This document shows, piece after piece, positions 21,701 to 29,582 of a stretch of DNA of 64,000 nucleotides. The position numbers and the translations under genes were made by a program. The notes under the pieces were generated by a model that had not been told where the DNA came from, ran no database searches, and saw only the letters and a list, made by a program, of their open reading frames with translations. The stretch is from positions 23,093 to 87,092 of the forward strand of contig JAHBTP010000005.1 of the NCBI GenBank assembly GCA_019638485.1, in the 5' to 3' direction. The first letter of the stretch is position 1, and the number at the start of each line of letters is the position of its first letter. The stretch is from Ferruginibacter sp. GTDB lineage: Bacteria; Bacteroidota; Bacteroidia; Chitinophagales; Chitinophagaceae.

Positions 21701-23112
21701 TCTTGTAGTCGTATTTCTGAGAGTTTTTCTTCGGTAATATCATGGTAATAAACCGAAACACCATCAGGGGAAGGATAAATCAGATCTTCAAACCATTGTC
21801 CTGTTTCAGGGAAAATTAATTCTCTGCGTAAAGGTTTCATGGTTTTCGAAGCCTCCATTAATGCTGTATAAAACTCACCTCCTACTTGTTTTGGATGTAA
21901 TTCCCAAATATTAAATCCTATAAGTTCTTCGATTGACCTACCATGCATTTCTGCAGCCTTGGGGTTAACATATATATAATTCCAGTCCTTATCTAAAGCA
22001 ATAAATGCATCAGTAATTCTTTCAAAAACAGCATTTAATTCAGTGGCTTTTCGTTGCACCTCTACTTCCAGATTATCGGTCAATTGTTGTAGTTTTCTTT
22101 GGGCCTCTTTCTTTTCTGTTAAGTCAGTAAAAACGCCAACCACAGAAATATTCTCACCCTTATCGTTTTTTACCGCAGAGATAGATGAGAGGATATGCAA
22201 CTTCCGTCCATCTCTGGCAGTATGCACCACTTCACCTTTCCAAAAGCCGTTTTCGGCAAAATGGGTGCGTGCCTGATTCAAATCAATATCTTCATATTCA
22301 ACACGCAAAAGTTCATCCATATTTTTTCCAATTACTTCTTCTTCCTTCCAGCCGTATAGTTGCTGGGCATACTTATTCCAATTAGTAATACTATGGTCAA
22401 GATTAGTTGTAATAATTGGGTCAATAACACTAGCTATCAGGGTTCCGTTATATTTAAGAACCGCTTCATTTTGCCGCCGCCTTTTTAACTCTTTGGATAA
22501 TGCCCGATAATTAAAAAATAACACCAAATAAAAAATACCACCTGAAATAATAAACTCCCATGCAATTTTCTTCACATTAGCCTCTCGCTTAGCTGTTGAG
22601 GCAGAAATCTCACTTCTTAATTGGCTTTCCATTGTATTAATCCTCACCCTGATTCTGTTCATCATTATTTCTCCACTTGCCTTATTTAATAATGCTCTTG
22701 CTGAATCAAACCCGAAGCGTGTACGTGTGTCCACCAACATTCTCGAGTCCATCACCTTTTGTCTAATGAGGTCAAGTAAAATTTCCTTATTCTGTTCTGT
22801 AGTGCTATCCTGTGTTTTATCAGGAAAGATTAAATCAATATTCTGTACAATTGAATCAAGTCCTCTATTATAAGTAAACAAGTATGTTTCATCACCCGTA
22901 ATAACATATCCACGTTGTCCTGTTTCAACGGCCTGCACATCGGTAAGAATACCTTCTAAACGATACAATTTTACTAAGGCTATGTTTACTAATTTAATAT
23001 CTCGTTCTGCCCGGTTTATATGGCTTACAGTAATAAACAAAAGGAATCCAATACATAGCATAACGGCTATATAAGTTAATTGCATTCTCCATTTGTCATT
23101 TCTAATTGGCAT
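18784..23112 (-). CDS. CHASE3 / multi-PAS sensor histidine kinase (HisKA_3 + HATPase_c)
   Basis: 1442 aa. It has an N-terminal TM, a CHASE3 motif (VETGQRGYVITGDETYL) and a second TM. I count about eight PAS modules by eye, then an H-box (REIHDELGQQLTGLK) and an ATPase domain (DNGVGY, GLVGMKER). Confidence 0.9.
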   Translation of the reverse strand: MPIRNDKWRMQLTYIAVMLCIGFLLFITVSHINRAERDIKLVNIALVKLYRLEGILTDVQAVETGQRGYVITGDETYLFTYNRGLDSIVQNIDLIFPDKTQDSTTEQNKEILLDLIRQKVMDSRMLVDTRTRFGFDSARALLNKASGEIMMNRIRVRINTMESQLRSEISASTAKREANVKKIAWEFIISGGIFYLVLFFNYRALSKELKRRRQNEAVLKYNGTLIASVIDPIITTNLDHSITNWNKYAQQLYGWKEEEVIGKNMDELLRVEYEDIDLNQARTHFAENGFWKGEVVHTARDGRKLHILSSISAVKNDKGENISVVGVFTDLTEKKEAQRKLQQLTDNLEVEVQRKATELNAVFERITDAFIALDKDWNYIYVNPKAAEMHGRSIEELIGFNIWELHPKQVGGEFYTALMEASKTMKPLRRELIFPETGQWFEDLIYPSPDGVSVYYHDITEEKLSEIRLQEAHDKLNSHISNTPMAVLEFDRNLNVVQWSKKAVEIFGWNENEVHNAGFSIYDMIYSSDLAIITEVVEHLFKEGKNEALDIRNITKDDRIIYCEWYFSIIKNQTGTMGIMALVHDITERRKAELALQETESRFRSLVEESMVGVYIIQEGKFTYVNPRLAEIFGYEVDEVQNQKTVLDFVCEYDREKVDFNIRVRMYGIKKSMHYMFDALHKSGKILNVEVYGTFLMYKGDGAVIGTLIDVTERNKYLRMLEASEFELKTLNERFELVSKATKDAIWDWDIKLDRIQGNDAFYQLFGFPDNQSLKFDDFRQRLHHEDVERVQHNQEEALRNKEVFINEEFKFKTTNNEYRTFIDRAYIIYNELGEPHRMLGAMQDVTEQRLAENRVLMEKTLSDSVINSLPGVFFIFNRAGKILRWNKNLELITGYSHNEVSGMNPVFFQPEEDRDSMVSTIQQAFALGEFTKEARLQTKNNEQLDFYLSGMLIHYEGEICLMELGVDLSEKIRAQKQLQESEEKFRLLIEQASDGIFISDHKGRFIMVNTSASMMTGYSTNELLQLKFSDILFREDQTPLKLDEEELKTGIPIIETLMKHKDGHFVYVESSGKHMSGGRFQAIIRDISGRKKAEEAIRVSEYKYRLLFEQNPMPMWMLSLPDKNFLAVNDAAIDFYGYSRKEFEHMNIRDIRPWQEFPPDFEPMHFDGINNSGIRDHKKKNGEYVKVNVLAHDIIYQGQQAKLELANDMTEKLRAEEELKSSHEQLRQLATHLQTVRESERTHMAREIHDELGQQLTGLKMDISWIGKKIPEQEIVLKEKINETIELVDDTVKTVRRLATQLRPSILDDLGLVAAMEWQSEDFQKRSGIETHFNSSINNIEIPDIMATSMFRIYQESLTNVMRHSKASKVGAALSINEGSLILQIIDNGVGYNAEDINGKNTLGLVGMKERTIMMDGTFEIGSKPGKGTTVKIVVPIKNKD

Positions 23113-23148
23113 ATTGAGCCTAAGTTAATTTAAAACATTAATATCGTT

Positions 23149-25689
23149 CTATTCATTCAGTAAAAAGGTAACCACCAGCCTGGTTCCCTTTCCGATTACT
23201 GATTGGATTTGTACAGTACCTCCTTGTAGTTCTGCTCTTGAGCGAATATTCCGCAATCCCACACCACTCGAGCTTTCGTTCGTATTAAATCCAATTCCAT
23301 CATCTTCCACCAAAAGAGTTAGTTTGCTATCTTTACCAATAAGCTCCACAAAAATATTTTTAGCCATAGCATGTTTAAACACATTATTCATTTGTTCCTG
23401 AATAATTCTGAATATGGTTAATTTCAATTTTTCCGAAAGTTTATTTTCGTTCATTTCCCAATTGGTTCGAATACTATAAAGGTTTAGTTTTTTGAATGAA
23501 TCAAATAAATCGTCTAATGAAGCTACTAGTCCCTTTTCACCCACCGAAGGAGGTAAAAGTGATTTACTAATATTTCTCACTTCATTTACCGCAGAATAAA
23601 GTAAATCCTTTGCACTCTCCAATAAAGGAATACTTTTTTCTTGATTAGCCAGTGCATATTCAATATATAATCTTATTGTGGCTAAAATCTGATTAATATT
23701 ATCATGTAATTCCAGTCCAATATGCAATCGTTCCTGTTCTTGTGCGGTAATTGCAGCATTGGTTACTTCCTGTTGCTTTAAAACACGTTCCTGTTCTAAC
23801 CTTTTTTCCAGTTCAACCTGTTCTGAAATATTTTTTATAATAGCCATGCTCACTTTCCTTTCATAATAGTCAATAGGATGGAAGGCTACTTCCATGTACA
23901 TAATATTTCCATCCTTATCTACATGTCGAGTTTGATAGGTAGTGTAAGACAATGCGTTGTTTTGGCTGTTTTTGGCAATAGTTACGAGACTTTTTTGGGA
24001 TTCGGGATGAACCAGATCTTTAAAACTCATTTTTGCCAGTGTATCCACATCGTAGCCATACTGGATTACGGTAGCCATGTTTACTTCAAGCACTTTAAAA
24101 GTGGCGGGATCCCAAATAATTATCGCCAATGGATTATTATAAAAAAGATCACGGTATTTTTTTTCAGATTGTTTCAGCAACTCTTCTGCATTCTTTTCAT
24201 CGGTGATATCTCTAAAATTTATCAAGATACCTTTTACTGATTTTTCTTGTGTTAAATTGTACATGGTAGAATCGAGCCAAATATATTCTCCATTCTTCCT
24301 TTTAATTTGATAGGCGATTTGAACTTTTTCAAAAGGTGTAGAAACTACCTTTGCAAATGCTTCAACTACCTGATCTTTAAAATTAGGGTGAAGGTTAGTT
24401 ACTGAAGCTCCATTATTAAGCTCCTCCAAGGAAAAGCCTAAAATATTTTGACCAGAATATAATTCCATAATCATCTTTTCCGGACTAACCACAGTAATAC
24501 CATCCCTTATGTTTTCTACTAATGCCCTGAATCTTTTTTCATTTGAACGCAACTTCTCTTCTGCATCTTTGCGCAAAGTAATATCTGCCATTACCATAAA
24601 ATAACCAATATGATTGGCCCTGTTATCATATTGCGCCTGAAAGCTCGCTTCCACCCAATAATACTTTCCCTCGTTAAATTTACTCTCTACCTCAACGGAA
24701 AAGGGTTGTTTAGAATTCAATTTTCTCCTTAGCTCTTGTGCTCCAATTTCATCTTCTGCATATAATATTTGTTCAATGGTAAGATGGTACAAATCTTCTT
24801 TGGAATATCCTGTTTTTATTTTAAACGCATTATTTGCCCATTGTATAAACCCTTCGGGATTTATCATTACAACACTATTAACCACTTCTCTAGCTATGGC
24901 AGCCAACCGATCCCGCTCTTGTTCAATAGTTTTTATGTCATCTATATTTCTGGTAACTCCAACTAATTTAACCGCACTCTTTTCATCATTTCTGATAATT
25001 GAGCCTTTTTCCATTACATAGATAAATCCGGTTGCTGAGCGCATACGATATTCTACAAAAAAACTATCCGCTTTGGTGTCGGTTAACACATCGTGATAAT
25101 ATTTTCGCATAAAATCTCTATCATCAGGATGAACAAAACTGACCCAGGCTTCAAAGTTTAATGCCTTGTTTTCATTATTAAATCCAAAAACTTTTTTCCA
25201 GCTTTCCGGAGAATACTGAATGATATCCGTTTTCAAATCCCAATCCCATATAATATCATAACTCACCTGCCCAATAAGAAACTGCTGTTGTTTAAGAATA
25301 TCCCTTTGAACAAATGAAGCATACTTATTAAAAGCGCGAGCAATAGATAGCTTTATTCGTTGTGGGTTTAATTCATTTTCAAAAAGCACATCTACATCTT
25401 CATTAAAAACAATAGAAGATAATTCTACCTCTTTCTTAGTTACAAATACAATAGGAAAATTTGAAATAAGCATATTAAAAGAATCGGGAATGCTTTTTTT
25501 ATTTCTGGTATCTACCAGAATAATGCAATTATCCTTTAAGAATTCATTATTCAATAGCTCATCAAGACTATAAACTAACTGAAATGAAAAGTTGCAGCTT
25601 TCCAGCAGGTTAGGCAAATCTTTCACATCCTTAGATGGCAATACACAGAGCACCCTTTTAGTTAGAATAGATTTATGGTTTTTTTTCAT
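23149..25689 (-). CDS. cytoplasmic multi-PAS sensor histidine kinase (HisKA_3 + HATPase_c) with degenerate N-terminal receiver-like region
   Basis: 846 aa with no TM segment. About four PAS modules, an H-box (GLELHDNINQILA) and an ATPase domain (DDGIGF, GVGLRNIRSRAE). Confidence 0.9.
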   Translation of the reverse strand: MKKNHKSILTKRVLCVLPSKDVKDLPNLLESCNFSFQLVYSLDELLNNEFLKDNCIILVDTRNKKSIPDSFNMLISNFPIVFVTKKEVELSSIVFNEDVDVLFENELNPQRIKLSIARAFNKYASFVQRDILKQQQFLIGQVSYDIIWDWDLKTDIIQYSPESWKKVFGFNNENKALNFEAWVSFVHPDDRDFMRKYYHDVLTDTKADSFFVEYRMRSATGFIYVMEKGSIIRNDEKSAVKLVGVTRNIDDIKTIEQERDRLAAIAREVVNSVVMINPEGFIQWANNAFKIKTGYSKEDLYHLTIEQILYAEDEIGAQELRRKLNSKQPFSVEVESKFNEGKYYWVEASFQAQYDNRANHIGYFMVMADITLRKDAEEKLRSNEKRFRALVENIRDGITVVSPEKMIMELYSGQNILGFSLEELNNGASVTNLHPNFKDQVVEAFAKVVSTPFEKVQIAYQIKRKNGEYIWLDSTMYNLTQEKSVKGILINFRDITDEKNAEELLKQSEKKYRDLFYNNPLAIIIWDPATFKVLEVNMATVIQYGYDVDTLAKMSFKDLVHPESQKSLVTIAKNSQNNALSYTTYQTRHVDKDGNIMYMEVAFHPIDYYERKVSMAIIKNISEQVELEKRLEQERVLKQQEVTNAAITAQEQERLHIGLELHDNINQILATIRLYIEYALANQEKSIPLLESAKDLLYSAVNEVRNISKSLLPPSVGEKGLVASLDDLFDSFKKLNLYSIRTNWEMNENKLSEKLKLTIFRIIQEQMNNVFKHAMAKNIFVELIGKDSKLTLLVEDDGIGFNTNESSSGVGLRNIRSRAELQGGTVQIQSVIGKGTRLVVTFLLNE

Positions 25690-25851
25690 AATGTGATAAA
25701 TTCTATTTAATTTTAGTGCCCTAATAATTGGGTTCTTTAATAAACAAAGTTAAAAAACCCTTAACTGGTATTTACTCTTTGAAAACTAATAATAGTTTTG
25801 CAGTCTGAAAATACTGCTAACCAATCTTTTCGTTATATATTTATTGCTATT

Positions 25852-26484
25852 TTGAAAAAATTTTTAATAATAGATGATCACATGGTTGTGAGGTCAGGAA
25901 TAAAGGCCTTACTATCTGATTTATATAAGCCATCAACAATTGATGAGGCCCATGATGGCGAAAGTGCCTTAAAAAAGATAGAAACTGAAGAGTACGACCT
26001 TGTTTTATTAGATATTCAAATGCCAAATACCGATACTCTTGCCTTAATGCAAATGATCTCTTCAACTCATCAGGGAATAAAAGTGTTGATCTTTTCAATG
26101 AGTCCGGAAAACATATATGCCCAGCGTTACTTAAAAGCCGGAGCAATGGGTTATTTAAACAAAGACTCTTCTTTGGATGAACTCATAAGAGCAATAGACC
26201 TTGTTCTAAAAGGGAAAAAATATATTTCAGAAACACTACTTGAAATCCTTGCCAGTTCTGCCGGGCAAGAGAAGAATGAGAATCCATTTAATAAACTTTC
26301 GCCACGTGAATTTGAAATTACAAACCTATTATTGTCAGGTAAAACAATAAGTCAGATAAGCAATTCTCTTCACTTGGGAGTTTCTACTGTGGGGACACAT
26401 AAATCGCGAATTTTTGAAAAATTACGTGTTACTAACTTATTGGAATTAAAAGACCTTGCGGATAGTTATCAGTTGGGTGGTTAG
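25852..26484 (+). CDS. LuxR/NarL-family response regulator
   Basis: A receiver domain (FLIIDDH, LLDIQMPNTD) plus a LuxR HTH (LSPREFEITNLLLSGKTISQISNSLHLGVSTVGTHKSRI). The ORF is open from 25798; I prefer the TTG at 25852 (MKKFLIIDDH), but the start is uncertain. Confidence 0.85.
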   Translation: MKKFLIIDDHMVVRSGIKALLSDLYKPSTIDEAHDGESALKKIETEEYDLVLLDIQMPNTDTLALMQMISSTHQGIKVLIFSMSPENIYAQRYLKAGAMGYLNKDSSLDELIRAIDLVLKGKKYISETLLEILASSAGQEKNENPFNKLSPREFEITNLLLSGKTISQISNSLHLGVSTVGTHKSRIFEKLRVTNLLELKDLADSYQLGG

Positions 26485-26531
26485 TTTTCAATGCTTCCCA
26501 TTTTCTTCCATAAGAATTAACTTGTCGGCTA

Positions 26532-26539
26532 TACCTTTG
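26532..26539 (+). promoter_or_regulatory. Bacteroidota-type -7 promoter box (TAnnTTTG)
   Basis: TACCTTTG sits 6 nt upstream of the marC-like ATG. I saw no convincing -33 TTTG. Confidence 0.3.
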
Positions 26540-26544
26540 CTACA

Positions 26545-27135
26545 ATGAATTTATATGTTTTTTCCATAAAAGAAATGATTACGGTAACCTTTACCCTTAT
26601 GGCAGTTATAGACATGTTGGGAAATGCACCGGTTCTTATTTCTTTAAAAGCGAAGATGGGTGGGCAGATTCGTTCTCTGCAAGCCACCATTGCATCAGGA
26701 ATTTTAATGTTACTTTTTTTATTTGTAGGTAAGGATTTTCTAAACCTAATGGGATTGGATGTAAAGTCGTTTGCAGTAGCAGGAAGTATTGTTATTTTTA
26801 TTATTGGTCTTGAAATGGTGTTAGGGTTAGAGCTTTTCAAAACAGATCACAATCCGCGTAGTGGGAGCGTGGTTCCTATTGCCTTTCCTTTAATTGCAGG
26901 TTCAGGCACGCTAACCACTATTATTTCGCTAAAGGCAAATTTTCATACCATAAATATTTTCATTGGTATTCTCATAAACTGTATTATTATATTTATTGTA
27001 TTACATTCTCTTAAATGGATAGAAAAAGTATTGGGTCCGAGTGGAATTATAGTGGTAAGAAAGTTTTTTGGTGTTATTTTGCTGGCTATTGCCGTAAAAA
27101 TCTTTGGAACTAACATTCAAGGATTTGGGAAATAG
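26545..27135 (+). CDS. MarC family (UPF0056) membrane protein
   Basis: 196 aa with six hydrophobic helices. The N-terminal motif (DMLGNAPV) is typical of the MarC family. Confidence 0.85.
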   Translation: MNLYVFSIKEMITVTFTLMAVIDMLGNAPVLISLKAKMGGQIRSLQATIASGILMLLFLFVGKDFLNLMGLDVKSFAVAGSIVIFIIGLEMVLGLELFKTDHNPRSGSVVPIAFPLIAGSGTLTTIISLKANFHTINIFIGILINCIIIFIVLHSLKWIEKVLGPSGIIVVRKFFGVILLAIAVKIFGTNIQGFGK

Positions 27136-27148
27136 GATAAACAACAGC

Positions 27149-27220
27149 GGCCTCGTAGTACAATGGATAGTATAAGAGTTTCCGAAGCTCCAGATCCAGG
27201 TTCGATTCCTGGCGAGGCCA
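27149..27220 (+). tRNA. tRNA-Arg (anticodon CCG)
   Basis: Folded by hand. The acceptor stem GGCCTCG/CGAGGCC has 7 bp and the D stem is GTAC/GTAT. The anticodon loop is TT-CCG-AA, the variable loop is 4 nt, and the T arm is CCAGG-TTCGATT-CCTGG. The discriminator is A and CCA is not encoded. Confidence 0.9.
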
Positions 27221-27605
27221 CTTTACTCCTTCGTATTTTTTTTACTTATAACATTTTATTATAAATATTTAATTATGAAGGCACCCTCATAAGATTTTGA
27301 TTGAAGCTCATTTGGCGCTTAGTTTGATTCCGAATTATCAAAGTTGACGATTTCAATTTCAACACCCATTTGAGCCAATTGATTACGAGAATATATTCAT
27401 TCGAAAAAAATCACAAAACTCCTTAGGCCAGAATATAGCCCTTTTCTTTCCCATTACTAAATACTAATTTCCATCCAATAATACATTTGGGTATTCTTCT
27501 CTAATAATATTTCCATCTATATACTCCGTATTTCTTAAGAATAAAAAAACGAGCCTCCGGCATATAAATATCGAAATAGTTGAGTCTGTTCTTTGTAAAA
27601 CCTGA

Positions 27606-28130
27606 TTAACCGTAATAGTTAGAGTTTCTAATCTTCAAAGTATATATTCCAGTTTTCCCTTCCAAAAATGTTTGAATATTAAGCTGGCTATTTGCAATAT
27701 CGGCTCTAGTTAATTTGTGCGTAGGTTCTCCATATTTAATATACATATACTTATTAAAATCATCGGCCCGAACAATATATCGTTTATTATCTCCTCCTAG
27801 CCAAGTGCCGGAAAAAGAAGAAATAGGTTAGCCACCATAGTTTAAAGCTATGGATTCCCTTAAAGCACAAGCGTTAGAATATCCCGGTTACAAAGCTAAG
27901 TGCCGAGTGTTTAATTCATGGCCAACCATTGCATACACTTCGGTTGGGCTAAGTGAACGATAATTTCCAAAAGACCCTCATTGCGGTCATGCTGCCAATA
28001 CACTAGCAATGGTAGGTAGTGGTTCAGTTAAAATCATTGTAGATGGATCAGTCCAATCAATAATTTCTGCATCTTCATCATTCCCTTCAATTACAGCAAA
28101 AAAGTAGGATTTATATGTCTCTAATAGCAT
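27606..28130 (-). pseudogene. decayed gene of unknown family (single frame, four internal stops)
   Basis: One continuous 175-codon frame (MLLETYKSYFFAVIEGNDEDAEIIDWTDPSTM...GTWLGGDNKRYIVRADDFNKYMYIKYGEPTHKL...) with protein-like composition. It is interrupted by TGA at 27987-27989, TGA at 27978-27980, TAA at 27888-27890 and TAA at 27828-27830. Confidence 0.5.
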
Positions 28131-28145
28131 TGAGTTATTTAATAG

Positions 28146-28717
28146 AAAGCTCAGCGAGTTCCCGCCCTAAAGCAAAATTCGGAATTATGTAAACAGGGAA
28201 CAATACCTCATCACGGTACTTTGTAGGTACTACTCCAAACAGATGGGGAGCTGGCGCTCCCGCCCTAAAGCAAAATTCGGAATTATGTAAACATGGAACA
28301 ATACCTCATCACGGTACTTTGTAGGTACTACTCCAAACAGATGGGGAGCTGGCGCTCCCGCCCTAAAGCAAAATTCGGATTTATGCAAACAGGGAACAAT
28401 ACCTCATCACGGTACTTTGTAGGTACTACTCCAAACAGATGGGGAGCTGGCGCTCCCGCCCTAAAGCAAAATTCGGATTTATGTAAACAGGAAACAATAC
28501 CTCGGCTTGGTACTTTATGGGGGGTATTTCAAAAAGGGGGAAACTGCGTTTCCCACCCCGGTTCAAAGTTCGAATTTTTAAGAACACAAAACAATACCTC
28601 ACTATGGTACTTTGTGGAGTAAATAACCCTTTCGGGCGGGGGCTACGCCCCCACCCCAATTCAAAGTTCGGATTATTTCAAACACGAAACAATACCCAAA
28701 ATTCGGGATTTATGGAG
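28146..28717. repeat. tandem array of six ~98-bp units, each with a GC hairpin plus conserved core
   Basis: Hairpins start at 28148, 28246, 28344, 28442, 28538 and 28638, a period of 96-100 nt. Units 1-3 are nearly identical. Units 4-5 are diverged but keep the core (AAAGTTCGRATT...AAACA.GAAACAATACC..GGTACTTTRT) and a hairpin with a different sequence. Confidence 0.85.
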
Positions 28718-29336
28718 CATAACTATTACGGATACACGAATTTATTTTTTATAGGGTAGAAGAAAATCTTTAATATCCTTCATCTGAATATTTGGAATGT
28801 ACACTTCAAAATGCCCTTATTGTTTTGTCAGGATAATATTTGTCGGTATATTGAATTCTGGTTCATCACAGTGTCTTGTCCTAAAAAAAGTTGACACATT
28901 TTTGTTGTTAATCTTGACACGAATTTACTTTTTTATTTTAATCCTAAATACACTTTACATTTTTTATTTTGGCATTACCGATGAAAGCGGATGCAGCCTC
29001 TGCAGTGGGCAATCTGCAAGGAATTAAATTGGTGTCTGACGAAGTAATTCGTTTATGAAGGCCGTTAGTAATATCCGTTTCCTTCATTGGATTACTTTGG
29101 AAGCCTTTAATACCTAAACAATACCTAACCTACTCCCATTTGCCCCTCTCTTTCCTTTGGTTTTTAATAGTTCTTCCACAAGCATTTTGGTGTGGCTTCA
29201 CCATTGAGGAAACCTATTCAGCATTTGGCGCAAACCGTTTAATAATAAATCCGGGACCAAGTACATTAATGGCATGTGCTAATATGAAAATTGAAACCCT
29301 TTTTTAAAACCCTTAAAAACAACAGACAGCGTTGAA

Positions 29337-29511
29337 AGTATTGGCGCAGTATGGATATTCAAGGCTCATCTGCTGGTACTTCCGTCGAATGCTGAACTAA
29401 TGTACAAGTTTATTTCAAAGGCTGAACAATGAACATTCAGCCCGAAGCCGAGGATGAATAATGAAACTGCTGCTAACGATGGCCTCCTTCAGCCCATATT
29501 GCGCCAATACT
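29337..29511. repeat. palindromic MITE/REP-like element
   Basis: The 18-bp terminal inverted repeat is AGTATTGGCGCAGTATGG (29337-29354) and CCATATTGCGCCAATACT (29494-29511), matching at 17 of 18 positions. It encloses 139 bp of non-coding sequence containing an internal GCTGAA...TTCAGC hairpin. Confidence 0.5.
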
Positions 29512-29582
29512 ATTGTTGGCGGTTCGTGCTTCTGAATTGCCCAAAGAATTATCCGATAATAGGGGGGTATATTAATAAAGAA

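Noticed and set aside
27241-27600. Second decayed SUKH/SMI1-like immunity gene downstream of the pseudogene
   Set aside because: Only a short FWPKEFCDFFRMN stretch resembles the family motif. The rest is broken across frames, which is too little to support a feature call.
28146-28717. Possible CRISPR array
   Set aside because: The whole ~98-bp unit repeats, including the would-be spacers, which are nearly identical in units 1-3. The period is far longer than repeat plus spacer in known arrays. No cas genes are in the window.
28293-28759. ORFs 28293-28622 (+), 28426-28659 (-) and 28517-28759 (+) as real genes
   Set aside because: They read through the tandem repeats, whose 98-nt period is not a multiple of 3. 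The repeated DNA is therefore translated in shifting frames. There are no start-site signals and the composition is not protein-like.
28745-28870. Thioredoxin/TlpA-like C-terminal fragment (minus strand, ...FNIPTNIILTKQ*GHFEVYIPNIQMKDIKDFL)
   Set aside because: The resemblance rests on about 30 residues with an internal stop. It cannot be supported without a database search.
28797-29027. 76-aa ORF, and the 71-aa ORF at 31307-31522, as genes
   Set aside because: Both are hydrophobic or low-complexity translations of AT-rich intergenic DNA. They have no motifs or upstream signals and sit in regions that otherwise look decayed.
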